From: a virus
Strand: one strand, 5' to 3'
DNA: 64,000 bases
Virus record (IMG/VR): IMGVR_UViG_3300033148_006102
Span: 1 to 64,000 of that record
Made by a program: the position numbers and the translations under genes. The notes beneath the pieces were generated by a model. The model searched no databases. It was given only the letters and a program-made list of their open reading frames with translations, and was not told where the DNA came from. Positions 37,145-46,258 of this stretch are shown here, one piece after another. Within the stretch, counting starts at the first letter, position 1. The number at the start of each line of letters is the position of its first letter.

Positions 37145-37448
37145 TGGCCTAACCGGTAGATGGTGGACGCTTGGACCAGAAACACCATGGCTGCCACACC
37201 CAGATGAGTGGGTAAATGTCCGTGGGAACCATACTGTGTACTCGTGGATGTTTTATCATCCTGGCTCAGAGAAATGGGAGCCAGTATTTTCGTTGCGCGA
37301 AGCTCGTGATCTAGCGAAGCATGGCTATGTACTGGTATGCTTTACGGAGCACGACGAAGTGAATCGGTATATTGAGGACCAGCGTCGACAGGAAGCGGCG
37401 AAGTGCGGTCAAGACTTCGGGCCGGACAAATGGCGGCCAAATTATTAG
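37131..37448 (+). CDS. Trp-rich hypothetical protein
   Basis: GAGG RBS. Confidence 0.5.
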   Translation: MISRDGLTGRWWTLGPETPWLPHPDEWVNVRGNHTVYSWMFYHPGSEKWEPVFSLREARDLAKHGYVLVCFTEHDEVNRYIEDQRRQEAAKCGQDFGPDKWRPNY

Positions 37449-37451
37449 AAT

Positions 37452-37474
37452 CTGGGATTATGGCAAAATCACAG
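37452..37474 (+). repeat. 23-bp dyad site, copy 5 (overlaps a start codon)
   Basis: CTGGGATT-ATGGCAA-AATCACAG. Confidence 0.8.
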
Positions 37475-38182
37475 GAACGCGCATTGGTGCCAGGTAAGCT
37501 AGCGGATTCGGATCTTAGTCCGAATCTATTACGCGAACTGGCGCCATTGCTCAAAGATAGAATAACGCAGCCAGATAACGCTCACGATGCGCGTGCGTTG
37601 AAGCATGCGTTCGAGCTGGTTATGCCGCGGATGATCGAAGCGGCAAAGATGCTGGGGTTGACAGGTGTTGAGGCATTGATGCGCGCTACGGACGAGGTCC
37701 TGGCTGATAAAGGTCCGCGGCAAGAGTTGTATGATGCGTGGATAGCCTGCGCAGGTGATTTGGATCCTGACGAGCAGCTTAAACAAAATGCCCGTATTGC
37801 GGCGCATAATGCTCCGATTGATAAACTGGCGCCGTTGGCACATAAAGCTGTGATAAACGCCATGATGGAGCTGCGTGGCGAGTTCAGTGCACGCAAACTA
37901 TCGATTGACAAGTACCAGTTGGGTACTGAGGCATATGATGTGTTGCGGTCTCGTGAGGACTATGGCGTAAAGGGTCATTCGGACGGTAGCCTTACCTTCG
38001 AGCACATATTTATTCAATTGATGGATGACTTCCCGTTCCGCGGGATTCGTGCACTCAATCATGAAAAACAGCTGGCGATAACTTTGGAAATCGGCGGCGA
38101 ATTTGTAGTTACGTCGGGTGAGTCTCCGCCGCGATTCAAGCGGCCGGATGCGCCTACAACAGTAGAGGCAAAGGTGAGGTAA
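37460..38182 (+). CDS. Hypothetical protein
   Basis: ATG lies within the dyad spacer; start uncertain. Confidence 0.55.
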   Translation: MAKSQERALVPGKLADSDLSPNLLRELAPLLKDRITQPDNAHDARALKHAFELVMPRMIEAAKMLGLTGVEALMRATDEVLADKGPRQELYDAWIACAGDLDPDEQLKQNARIAAHNAPIDKLAPLAHKAVINAMMELRGEFSARKLSIDKYQLGTEAYDVLRSREDYGVKGHSDGSLTFEHIFIQLMDDFPFRGIRALNHEKQLAITLEIGGEFVVTSGESPPRFKRPDAPTTVEAKVR

Positions 38183-38518
38183 ATGGCTAAGAAACTTCGA
38201 CGGCGCGGCAAAAAGAAGATGCCACATCTGTGGAAGGACATGTTGGAAGTCCTGCAGGATATTCAATGGAGCGGTAGCGTGATTTCAGTGCCGACAGGCG
38301 GATCGCTATCGCAAACATGCCCCTCCTGTGGAGCTGTCGAAGTCCGCGGCCATTATCCGGACTGTAAGATCCAATATTTTATACAGATATTGGAATTGCT
38401 GACGTCCGAGAAGATGAACAAGGTATACGAGGTGTTCCGTGACAACCTGACTGAGATCATGGAGCCGCCAACGTCCGAGGAAATGTTCAACCTGTTGTTG
38501 GACCGGGAAAGGTCATAA
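38183..38518 (+). CDS. Hypothetical protein with CxxC
   Basis: GAGG RBS; CPSCG...H..DC. Confidence 0.55.
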   Translation: MAKKLRRRGKKKMPHLWKDMLEVLQDIQWSGSVISVPTGGSLSQTCPSCGAVEVRGHYPDCKIQYFIQILELLTSEKMNKVYEVFRDNLTEIMEPPTSEEMFNLLLDRERS

Positions 38519-38931
38519 TGAACGGTTTTGACATATTTGATTGTGGGCCAACTAAAAAGAAACCTAAATGCGAAGAGTGTCCAGAAGAGGCCGCGTGCGA
38601 GTTAACGCCACCACGGTTGTTTATGGAACAACTGATTGAGATCTTGGAAGAATCCGAGATGTTTGAGGAAGTAATCAAGCCTGTGCCGCTAGGTATGCCA
38701 CTACTGCTGGATAGCTACGACAAGGTAGCGGAAGCATATGACATGGCAGCGGATGCGTTTGATCTGACAGCACAGTACATTCGGGAGTATCCGAAGAACG
38801 ATGCTCTGGCACATTTTATCGCCGCGCAATTTACAGAAGCATTGGGCAGAATAATTATACGGCTACGGACACTCAGGCGTATTCGGGAAAAAATGAATCA
38901 ACCGGATCCACCTGATCCGCGGTTGAATTGA
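38518..38931 (+). CDS. Hypothetical protein
   Basis: TAATG overlap. Confidence 0.55.
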   Translation: MNGFDIFDCGPTKKKPKCEECPEEAACELTPPRLFMEQLIEILEESEMFEEVIKPVPLGMPLLLDSYDKVAEAYDMAADAFDLTAQYIREYPKNDALAHFIAAQFTEALGRIIIRLRTLRRIREKMNQPDPPDPRLN

Positions 38932-38938
38932 GGAAGCG

Positions 38939-39142
38939 ATGGCAGCGATTGACAAATTGCTGGACGCGATTGATGACTTGGCCAAGTACACACGCTGGCG
39001 CGGTACGCACGGCGATACGGCCACAATGGTGTTTCAGCTTCACCATCTTTCTCGCCACGTGCGACGTGAGTTGAGTGAGGAACGTGCGGTTGAGCACCCG
39101 GACAAACGAATAACCACAAAGGTACGAAAGGAAACTGATTGA
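38939..39142 (+). CDS. Hypothetical protein
   Basis: GAGG RBS. Confidence 0.5.
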   Translation: MAAIDKLLDAIDDLAKYTRWRGTHGDTATMVFQLHHLSRHVRRELSEERAVEHPDKRITTKVRKETD

Positions 39143-39345
39143 AGCACATCAATGACCGGGAACCTAATTTTTGTGATGAAGATGGTGCCTTTCATCTAGT
39201 ACGTTGCTTCGCGTGTAGTACTACGCCACGCGGCCGCGAGAACTGGAAGCTAGCCGTTTCGTCGGGGCGCTGTTGCCACTGCGGGTGGACGGAAGAACAG
39301 GCAAAACAAGATGCCCAAGAACGACTCAAGTCAGCCACCAGATAA
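39139..39345 (+). CDS. Small Zn-ribbon protein
   Basis: LVRCFAC...RENW...GRCCHCGW. Confidence 0.55.
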   Translation: MKHINDREPNFCDEDGAFHLVRCFACSTTPRGRENWKLAVSSGRCCHCGWTEEQAKQDAQERLKSATR

Positions 39346-39508
39346 ATACGTCGACACGGAGCCAAGTAACAATCGTTGTTACCATTGTGGCCGCGAAACG
39401 ACATTTTCATTTAGGCTTGGCCAATACTACTGTGATCGTTGCGGCATGCCCACAATTTCCAGTTGTGACGGCGCCGAGCGCATGGGTCAGTTGAAAGATG
39501 AGGAGTAA
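39311..39508 (+). CDS. Small Zn-ribbon protein
   Basis: CYHCG...CDRCG. Confidence 0.45.
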   Translation: MPKNDSSQPPDKYVDTEPSNNRCYHCGRETTFSFRLGQYYCDRCGMPTISSCDGAERMGQLKDEE

Positions 39509-40137
39509 TGTACAACAACACAGTATCCAAACGACCGACACATATCATTTGTGGCGTACCGCTTATCCAGAAGGCAATGGAAGATACAGGTGTGCCATCA
39601 GAGAATTGGGCGTACCCGACAGAGCATCGTCTCGGGGATCCTGTGCACGATGATTACTACGCGGAGATCTGGACCAATGGCATGGATTGGCAGGTGGTTT
39701 ACTGGTTGCTTGAGCAGCGCAATCTGGATAACCCGGTCGCGATTCCGTTGATCACCTTTGACGACTACAAGGACCGCGAGGCCTTTCCGGACTTCGATGA
39801 GTTCTTGATTGCACTTATATGGGAGCGCCGGCGTTCATCGCGCAAGGATGACAACAATTGGGGAATATACTGGGATTCGGTATGGCCGTTCTTTCAGATT
39901 CAGCTCGATAGGACGCAGCACACGAATGCAACAAAGCCTGGTGAGCCGTTTTGGGTAGGCGCGAAGTTTGAGCACGCCGGCGGCCGATCAGAGTTCTATG
40001 TGCATCGTACTGTGGCTGAAATGGCTGTGGTATATCGTGCTGCACAGGATGAAGCGGTCAAGCGCCATAAACAGAAGTATCCAGACGAAATGGATATGAA
40101 AGCGGAGACCGAATTTCCTAAGACACGCATGCCATAG
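39508..40137 (+). CDS. Hypothetical protein
   Basis: GAGGAG RBS; last gene before the terminator. Confidence 0.6.
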   Translation: MYNNTVSKRPTHIICGVPLIQKAMEDTGVPSENWAYPTEHRLGDPVHDDYYAEIWTNGMDWQVVYWLLEQRNLDNPVAIPLITFDDYKDREAFPDFDEFLIALIWERRRSSRKDDNNWGIYWDSVWPFFQIQLDRTQHTNATKPGEPFWVGAKFEHAGGRSEFYVHRTVAEMAVVYRAAQDEAVKRHKQKYPDEMDMKAETEFPKTRMP

Positions 40138-40147
40138 GATCTGAGGT

Positions 40148-40181
40148 AAAAGAAATAGGGGCACATGCCCCTTTTCTTTTT
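40148..40181. terminator. Bidirectional intrinsic terminator at the convergence point
   Basis: AAAAGAAATAGGGGCA-CA-TGCCCCTTTTCTTTTT. Confidence 0.8.
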
Positions 40182-40389
40182 ATCTGAGGATCGACGGGCG
40201 GCGCCGAATTAGCGCAACCGCGTGATCTGTAGTTCTAGGCAGAAACATCGATGTAACAACAGCGTGGCTGCCAAAGAGCGCCGCCCAGAGCCATTGATGC
40301 ATGGCAATACAGTACAGGGCAACACCAGTTGTTACAGGCAGGCTGAACAACAGGCCTAGACACAGGCTTATCAGCAACATGCGGCGCAT
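40180..40389 (-). CDS. Small two-TM membrane protein
   Basis: AAGGA RBS; two hydrophobic segments. Confidence 0.6.
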   Translation of the reverse strand: MRRMLLISLCLGLLFSLPVTTGVALYCIAMHQWLWAALFGSHAVVTSMFLPRTTDHAVALIRRRPSILR

Positions 40390-40404
40390 GGTTGTTTCCT
40401 TTCT

Positions 40405-40578
40405 TTATTCGTATGTGCCGACGCAATCAGCGTCAGACGACTGGGTAGTTTGTGCTAGTATTGTGCGCATCAGGGGTTCCAGTTCGAAATCCGCGTCGCG
40501 CAGGTCTTTCAGCTCCTCGTTGTCGTAAACCTCGACAACTTCTGTTTCTTGTTCGACTTGTGTGAGGTAAACGAACAT
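40405..40578 (-). CDS. 57-aa acidic protein (not in ORF track)
   Basis: MFVYLTQVEQETEVVEVYDNEELKDLRDADF...; fills the gap exactly. Confidence 0.55.
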   Translation of the reverse strand: MFVYLTQVEQETEVVEVYDNEELKDLRDADFELEPLMRTILAQTTQSSDADCVGTYE

Positions 40579-40827
40579 TTAGAGGCGATACCATTCTTCG
40601 CAAAACGGTAGGCCGATGACGGTCAGTCCGTCTTCGTTTTCGGCGACTTTGAGTACGCCGTAGTTGGTGTACTTCCAGTGGCTGCATTCGCTGTAGATCC
40701 AGGCAATACCTTCTTCGGCTGCGCTGGCGTCAGCTTTGGTGGCAAGTTTGACGTCGTCATCTGGTAGATTTGTAAAACAGATCACGAACAGCGCCGCGAT
40801 AAGCATAATGAATAGAACGAGTCTCAT
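40579..40827 (-). CDS. Small exported or membrane-anchored protein
   Basis: AAGGAG RBS; MRLVLFIMLIAALFVIC. Confidence 0.6.
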   Translation of the reverse strand: MRLVLFIMLIAALFVICFTNLPDDDVKLATKADASAAEEGIAWIYSECSHWKYTNYGVLKVAENEDGLTVIGLPFCEEWYRL

Positions 40828-40875
40828 GGTCTCTCCTTGAGTAGAGGGTTGAGAAATATGGTTGTTCTTCAGTGG

Positions 40876-40905
40876 CTTATGCCACGAAATAGGCTATTTT
40901 TGGCA
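40876..40905 (-). promoter_or_regulatory. 30-bp promoter-like motif, copy 2
   Basis: TGCCAAAAATAGCCTATTTCGTGGCATAAG. Confidence 0.6.
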
Positions 40906-40907
40906 GT

Positions 40908-41267
40908 TTATGAGACATACCACGTTGCTTGGGGATGGAGCAGCGCCCACCCAAGTAATACATTGCAGGCGTGACCAGCGTTGCCGCGGGTTGCTGCCCA
41001 GTAGTCTTCGTCTTTATCTATCCCGAGTTCACGTACCATACGTTCAAGTTCAGGTACGGTATCCGTAGCATGACGTCCATGCAGATTACGGAGACTGAAT
41101 CCGAGATCCCGCCAGATGGTCGAGTAGTTGTACGTGATACATATGTCGGCCGCACAGCTGTCAATAGGATTGCAGTTGAGGTCGGCCATCAAGATACTGC
41201 CTTCGCGGTGAGGTGGTACTGAGACTGCGCGGCCGTCTGGGTTTTCGAGTCGTACAGTGAAGCTCAT
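40908..41267 (-). CDS. Conserved phage hypothetical protein (ITYNYS...DYW.AT.GN type)
   Basis: ITYNYS, LHGR, EDYWAATRGNA motifs. Confidence 0.65.
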   Translation of the reverse strand: MSFTVRLENPDGRAVSVPPHREGSILMADLNCNPIDSCAADICITYNYSTIWRDLGFSLRNLHGRHATDTVPELERMVRELGIDKDEDYWAATRGNAGHACNVLLGWALLHPQATWYVS

Positions 41268-41461
41268 TTGACACCATCTTCTAAGCCGAATTTGTACGCC
41301 ATACGAATGAGTTTGCAGCTGAACCACGAGTCGGCAGACGGAACGACTCCAACTTTCTTACCATTTCGATAAACGTTATGGCGTTGAATCGGCGCATCAC
41401 ATGTTGGTGAGTATGGTTCCTCTTCAAAACGTATTTCGAATTTGGGTGGCGTATCAGCCAT
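41264..41461 (-). CDS. Small hypothetical protein
   Basis: AAAGGA RBS; MADTPPKFEI. Confidence 0.55.
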   Translation of the reverse strand: MADTPPKFEIRFEEEPYSPTCDAPIQRHNVYRNGKKVGVVPSADSWFSCKLIRMAYKFGLEDGVK

Positions 41462-41471
41462 AGCTTCCTTT

Positions 41472-41723
41472 CTATTCAGCCCACTCACCGTGCAGGTGCG
41501 CACTCAGTTGCTTTCGGTCGAAGCATTTACGTTCAAAATAAATGCCTTGGATGAAACCAATGGTATGCATGGTGGCTGAGATATCGTTTTTCTTGGCAGA
41601 TTTCAGAGCGACCTAGCAGAGAGCGTATGCCATCGTGTGCGATGGACTTACCAATCGTTGGCCGCTGTACCGCATATAACGATGGATCAAATCAATGATT
41701 TTGTCTTGTGTGAGAGCAGGCAT
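41472..41723 (-). pseudogene. Gene interrupted by an in-frame TAG at 41613-41615
   Basis: AAAGGA RBS and ATG; reading through gives 83 aa ending 10 nt before the next start; C-terminal half has a GFIQG motif. Confidence 0.6.
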
Positions 41724-41732
41724 AATTCCTTT

Positions 41733-42284
41733 CTAGAATAATTCGGCCATGCGTTCATCAAAGAACCCATCAGGCCAATCACTCGTAAAGTCGCCTTCGT
41801 CATTGATTTCCAAAGTGACGTTTTCGCCATCTTTGGTTATGTATATGACTGTGACATCTTTGGGTGTGATGCACGGTGTGTCTTTATCTTCGTGATGTTC
41901 GCGGATGCGACGCAGAATGCGAAGCATGAGGTGCTCGCTGTGCGTCTCCACGAAGATAGTGTTACCGAGTTTGTGCGACTCAATTAATAAATCGCCAAGT
42001 TCGACCTGGACCTTTGGGTGCAGGCCGGTCTCTGGATACTCGATTCCGATGATGTCGTTTTCGTTGCCCAGTAGCGCATTTACTACGGGTTCGATCATTG
42101 TCCAACCGAAACCACCGATAATGAGATTGGACATCATCCATGTACGACCAGCATTGTATTTGGTAGGTCGTCGGTAGTTGAGGTTGCGCCGTGCGTCAAT
42201 GTATGTGCATTTGCGAGGGTCGCACAACCCTTTAAGGAGTGAGGATTTACCTACGCCGGTAAATCCAAAGATGAGAGTGATCAT
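41733..42284 (-). CDS. Minimal ABC-type ATPase (AAA_21-like plus DUF3696-like C-terminus)
   Basis: GFTGVGKS, IEYPETGLHP, VETHSEH, DWPDGFFDE. Confidence 0.75.
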   Translation of the reverse strand: MITLIFGFTGVGKSSLLKGLCDPRKCTYIDARRNLNYRRPTKYNAGRTWMMSNLIIGGFGWTMIEPVVNALLGNENDIIGIEYPETGLHPKVQVELGDLLIESHKLGNTIFVETHSEHLMLRILRRIREHHEDKDTPCITPKDVTVIYITKDGENVTLEINDEGDFTSDWPDGFFDERMAELF

Positions 42285-42829
42285 TCGTCCTCCGTACAAT
42301 TGGTGGCAATAGCTTCACCACCGATGGTCACTTCATTTGGCAGCGGATCTGTATAGATTTGTGCTTCCATCCCACAGTTGTGACAGCGCAAAATTCGATA
42401 CAGGCCGCCATGCGCCTTGTTCGTATGGGTAACGTACACAAGTCGGTGGCCGCGGTACTTCATCGTTGTTCTTGCGTCGTGCTCCATCAATTTCATGCGA
42501 TTCCAGTCGGATGTTAATTTCGCTGGAACGCGCGCACGATCGTGTAGCAGTGAAAGGTATGCTTTGTACGCTAGCTGCAGGTCATCCGGTGCGTAGTACT
42601 CGCCGTTGAACAAGCGCAAGCCACCATCGTCCGTATGACAAGAGCATACAGCCCACCAGCCACGCGCGTCTTCAGGTGCGGCGCAGTCATCTAGATGTTC
42701 CGCAGTGATTTGTGCGAGGCTGATTGTTTCATATGGAACATGAGGGTCCAGCGGATGTACTGCGGTCTCCGCGATTATGTTTCGGTCCTCTAGCTTCGTT
42801 AGAATGAAGAGGCCGTTAATATCCATCAT
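42281..42829 (-). CDS. Hypothetical protein with C-terminal CxxC
   Basis: GGAG RBS; coupled. Confidence 0.55.
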   Translation of the reverse strand: MMDINGLFILTKLEDRNIIAETAVHPLDPHVPYETISLAQITAEHLDDCAAPEDARGWWAVCSCHTDDGGLRLFNGEYYAPDDLQLAYKAYLSLLHDRARVPAKLTSDWNRMKLMEHDARTTMKYRGHRLVYVTHTNKAHGGLYRILRCHNCGMEAQIYTDPLPNEVTIGGEAIATNCTEDE

Positions 42830-43053
42830 GTAAACATCTCCTTTTGATGGGGCGGCTCAGCTGGGAATTCGAGCGCGCCATACGCGTCGTCGGTAATTCC
42901 GCAAAGCCGCCATTGTTTGTCTTGAAGGCGGAACCAATAGATGCGTTCGAGTTGAATGCCTATGGTCCCGCCCAGTTCCAGGTAGGTCGAAACCTTATGC
43001 TCAGAGCATAGGGTTTTGATCAATGTGTTCACCGATCGCGCGCTGGTACGCAA
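42826..43053 (-). CDS. Small hypothetical protein
   Basis: Fills the operon gap; start uncertain. Confidence 0.45.
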   Translation of the reverse strand: MRTSARSVNTLIKTLCSEHKVSTYLELGGTIGIQLERIYWFRLQDKQWRLCGITDDAYGALEFPAEPPHQKEMFT

Positions 43054-43219
43054 CGATCACGCCTCCTAAGATGAAGTTGAGTGTTATGCTGGCACTGAGC
43101 AACATCCCGGCGAACAGTGATGTTTTGTAGCCCCAAACACTTAACAACAGTACGCCGATGAATACAAAGATCAGAAAGCCAATCCAGGCTTTCTTGCCCT
43201 CAAGAGTTCTAGCAGGCAT
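43001..43219 (-). CDS. Small two-TM membrane protein
   Basis: AAGGAGG RBS; two hydrophobic helices. Confidence 0.65.
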   Translation of the reverse strand: MPARTLEGKKAWIGFLIFVFIGVLLLSVWGYKTSLFAGMLLSASITLNFILGGVIVAYQRAIGEHIDQNPML

Positions 43220-43250
43220 GTTGCCTCCTTTCTAATGTTCTCTTCACTCT

Positions 43251-43280
43251 CTTATGCCATGAAAAGCTGGTATTTTGGCA
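43251..43280 (-). promoter_or_regulatory. 30-bp promoter-like motif, copy 3
   Basis: TGCCAAAATACCAGCTTTTCATGGCATAAG, overlapping dyad copy 6. Confidence 0.6.
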
Positions 43281-43289
43281 TAATCCCAG
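43267..43289 (-). repeat. 23-bp dyad site, copy 6
   Basis: Minus strand CTGGGATT-ATGCCAA-AATACCAG in the divergent gap. Confidence 0.8.
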
Positions 43290-43358
43290 TTGGCAAAACC
43301 GCACCACCAAGTTATTCTGCTTGGCCGTTGTAAATCCTATTGGTAGTGGGAGATAACT

Positions 43359-43829
43359 ATGACTGATATGACGTTTATGTGGCAGGACGCAGAGGCTTGC
43401 CAGCACGCGTCGCGTGCGTTGGACAAGCTACGTTGGCGCTTTAACTCGGACATCGAGACTTCGCCAGATTTCGATGGCGAGGATGAGGAAGGGCTGCAGC
43501 AGGTTCGCTGGGCGTTGCAATCGCTTCGGGGTATCATGTGTTTGGAGATCCCGGATGAGAGCGACCACGCAGCTGGACCGATCTGGAAGACTTTGCTCGA
43601 GATGATGCGGGATCGCTTCGCTGAGAAGTTCAAGAATCACACGACTAACGAAGTTCTGACGTCATGGGAGAAAGCGTGGGAGAAATTCTGCGCACAGCTC
43701 TATCAATTCCCGGAAGAACCGTTTCGCCTCACATCTGATGAACAGGCTCTTGTGTATCCTATACTGTTGGAGTGGCTTGATCGTTTGATTGCCGAACAAC
43801 AAGATCTCCAAATGAAGATGTACGCATGA
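43359..43829 (+). CDS. Hypothetical protein
   Basis: GGGAG RBS. Confidence 0.6.
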   Translation: MTDMTFMWQDAEACQHASRALDKLRWRFNSDIETSPDFDGEDEEGLQQVRWALQSLRGIMCLEIPDESDHAAGPIWKTLLEMMRDRFAEKFKNHTTNEVLTSWEKAWEKFCAQLYQFPEEPFRLTSDEQALVYPILLEWLDRLIAEQQDLQMKMYA

Positions 43830-44044
43830 GAGACCCGTGTACCGACCCCGTCCCAGGTGATACGCTTTCGCGCGAATCACATAGCGGTGTGCGTACAACC
43901 TGGCGAACGGTGGTGGAGGTAGACGGGGATACCCTTACATATGTATCCAACAACTTCCAAGGCAAGGTCCGGAAGTGTAAGAAACTCACTTGGTACGACT
44001 GGGCCAAGCGAGCCAAAGTTGTTACGCGTGGTGAAGAGCTATAA
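43826..44044 (+). CDS. Small hypothetical protein
   Basis: ATGA overlap; RDPCTDPVPGD. Confidence 0.55.
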   Translation: MRDPCTDPVPGDTLSRESHSGVRTTWRTVVEVDGDTLTYVSNNFQGKVRKCKKLTWYDWAKRAKVVTRGEEL

Positions 44045-44054
44045 TGCTAGCGAG

Positions 44055-46256
44055 ATGTTGCCACCGCATTTACAGAAGATTGCTGTACCGATCAGTCAAC
44101 GACTTCCGACATTAAGCGCGGCAAGTCAAAAGCGCTTGATGCAAGCCGGCGACGTCCCGTTTCAGCCCGTTACTCCAGAAACTACTCAGCAGGGAACCTT
44201 CCCAGGTTTTTTGCATGGTATGCGCGAAGGTATGCGTCAACAGGAGATGCCGCCAATCGTACAGCGTCTGCAGGATTCCATAAAGAAGCATTGGGATATG
44301 TACCAGCAGACGGGTAACGCGCATCATTTTGAAACAGCTAAGCAGTACGAAAACATGCTTCGATCACAGGCCGGTGCGATGGAACGAATCGCACGGGTGA
44401 TGGCCGGACCGCCAGGTGATCGGTACGAAGCGCACTGGATGCAGTACGATTCCATTAGGAAGCGGAAGAAGCGCGAGAAAAAGGAACGGGTAAAAGAAGG
44501 CGATTGGTTTCGCTACCTTGGTGAGCCAGTAGGTCTTCGCATGAAGACTGCGACGTATATTTATCCTGGCGACGAGGTGATTGTCACGGCTGTGAAGCAG
44601 GACAGTGGCGCACCGCTGTATGAATTGATGGCAGCCAAAAACGGCAAGATTGCAGCACCACAACGGATAGATACGTTGGAATCCGTGCCTAACAAAGAAG
44701 CCAAGTACGACGGCCGGCGCGGTCCGAAGATGAAGGCGCTCAAGAAGGGGCGTCGTTCATTGGATCCGGAAGAGCGCAAATTGGTGATGGACCGCGGCGC
44801 GGTATGGCAAAATGGCCCAGGTCACGAAATGTCGCCAGCTGTTTGGAAGTCAGTGGTTGATGGTAAAACATGGTACGTCTGCAACACACATAGAGCTATG
44901 AATGTATCACCTACGCTCAAGGGTGCGATTCGCAACTATGATTTCATCAAGACAACAGCTGGATTGAAGGAAGCTGGGTTTAGTCGCAAGATGCTGGGCA
45001 ACTTGGCGACCAGTATTCTTTTAGGTGGGCCAGCGGCATTGGGCGCACTGGGTACAGGTGCAGCAACAGCAGGTCTTGGTTCCGCCATGCCATTTGTTGG
45101 TGGTATCGCAGGTGGCACGCTCGGCCGCGCAATATTTGGTGATAAAGCCAACAAGATCATGCAGTGGGCGCATGCGCCGACGTTGAAGGATATCAAGAAA
45201 AAGCTCAAGAAGCAGGCTCCGCATTTGTCTCCAGAAGAGCAATTATCCTTGGCAAAACAGCATCATGCATATTTGGAGGCCATGCGAAAGGGCAAGACCG
45301 CCGCAGAAGAAAAGAAGGATAGTAAGCCATTAGCGCCGATGCGTGATATAGGCTTGGGTGTAGCCGGTGCTGGCGGCGGATTTTACGGATTGGATAGATT
45401 ATCTAGCGCCATTCTTCGTTCGGCGGGAGAAGGTGACCCAGAGCAGATGTCACCACATGATTTCATGCGACGCTACTACGGTCCTGACTACGAAGACGAC
45501 GTACGTGCAGCTCGTGCATATACGGAAGAAGGAAAGATGCCGAGCGGCGTCACGGAAATGGACTGGGATAGATTTGATCGTGAAGTACCAGTATATCGAT
45601 CATCGCCAGAAGCCATGCAGGCTATCGCCAGTGCGCCGGTACATGGACTTCGTGCGCGTACGCCATTAACCGGTGAAGATATCGTCCTTATGCGTAAGGG
45701 TTATGGGGAAAGTTCGCCGGAGTACAACACCACACTCGGAGAAGAATTGACGCATGCCGGGCAAAAAACGACGTTGCCTGGTCGTTTGGCCGAGTTCTTC
45801 CAGAATGCGATTACTGGCGGAGGGGATTTCAGCGATTATTATAATCGTTCGGAAGAACTGGGACCACGTTACGCGCATGCACGTCGTATGTATGAAATGC
45901 ACACTGGAAACGATGTGCGGTCACCTGAAGATGCCATGAAGGCCGTTCACTGGTATGCTAGTCAGCTTGAGAAGAATGAAGCTGGTGAGGAATTGCCGAG
46001 CACGTTTGAAATACGTGGTGATGAAGATCGTTGGATGCCGCGGCAGGATGCAAGAGGCGCATGGGAATGGGATGAAGATCATGCACATCCGTTTAACCAC
46101 CAAGATCTACCAACACCTACGGAGCGTGCTGAAGAAATGGCACAAGCGATGCCGGGGCTCATTTCGTACGAAGTCCCGCCTCACATGCAGGACATGCTGC
46201 CACCAGGAGCACTTACTGAAGATATGTTCGCGTCCGGTCCGGCGCATATGGTGTAG
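44055..46256 (+). CDS. Modular K-x-A polyprotein with a C-terminal zincin-like module
   Basis: Starts MLPPHLQKIA; internal MKTA, NKEA, LKEA, GKTA; C-terminal GEELTHAGQ. Confidence 0.65.
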   Translation: MLPPHLQKIAVPISQRLPTLSAASQKRLMQAGDVPFQPVTPETTQQGTFPGFLHGMREGMRQQEMPPIVQRLQDSIKKHWDMYQQTGNAHHFETAKQYENMLRSQAGAMERIARVMAGPPGDRYEAHWMQYDSIRKRKKREKKERVKEGDWFRYLGEPVGLRMKTATYIYPGDEVIVTAVKQDSGAPLYELMAAKNGKIAAPQRIDTLESVPNKEAKYDGRRGPKMKALKKGRRSLDPEERKLVMDRGAVWQNGPGHEMSPAVWKSVVDGKTWYVCNTHRAMNVSPTLKGAIRNYDFIKTTAGLKEAGFSRKMLGNLATSILLGGPAALGALGTGAATAGLGSAMPFVGGIAGGTLGRAIFGDKANKIMQWAHAPTLKDIKKKLKKQAPHLSPEEQLSLAKQHHAYLEAMRKGKTAAEEKKDSKPLAPMRDIGLGVAGAGGGFYGLDRLSSAILRSAGEGDPEQMSPHDFMRRYYGPDYEDDVRAARAYTEEGKMPSGVTEMDWDRFDREVPVYRSSPEAMQAIASAPVHGLRARTPLTGEDIVLMRKGYGESSPEYNTTLGEELTHAGQKTTLPGRLAEFFQNAITGGGDFSDYYNRSEELGPRYAHARRMYEMHTGNDVRSPEDAMKAVHWYASQLEKNEAGEELPSTFEIRGDEDRWMPRQDARGAWEWDEDHAHPFNHQDLPTPTERAEEMAQAMPGLISYEVPPHMQDMLPPGALTEDMFASGPAHMV

Positions 46257-46258
46257 CT

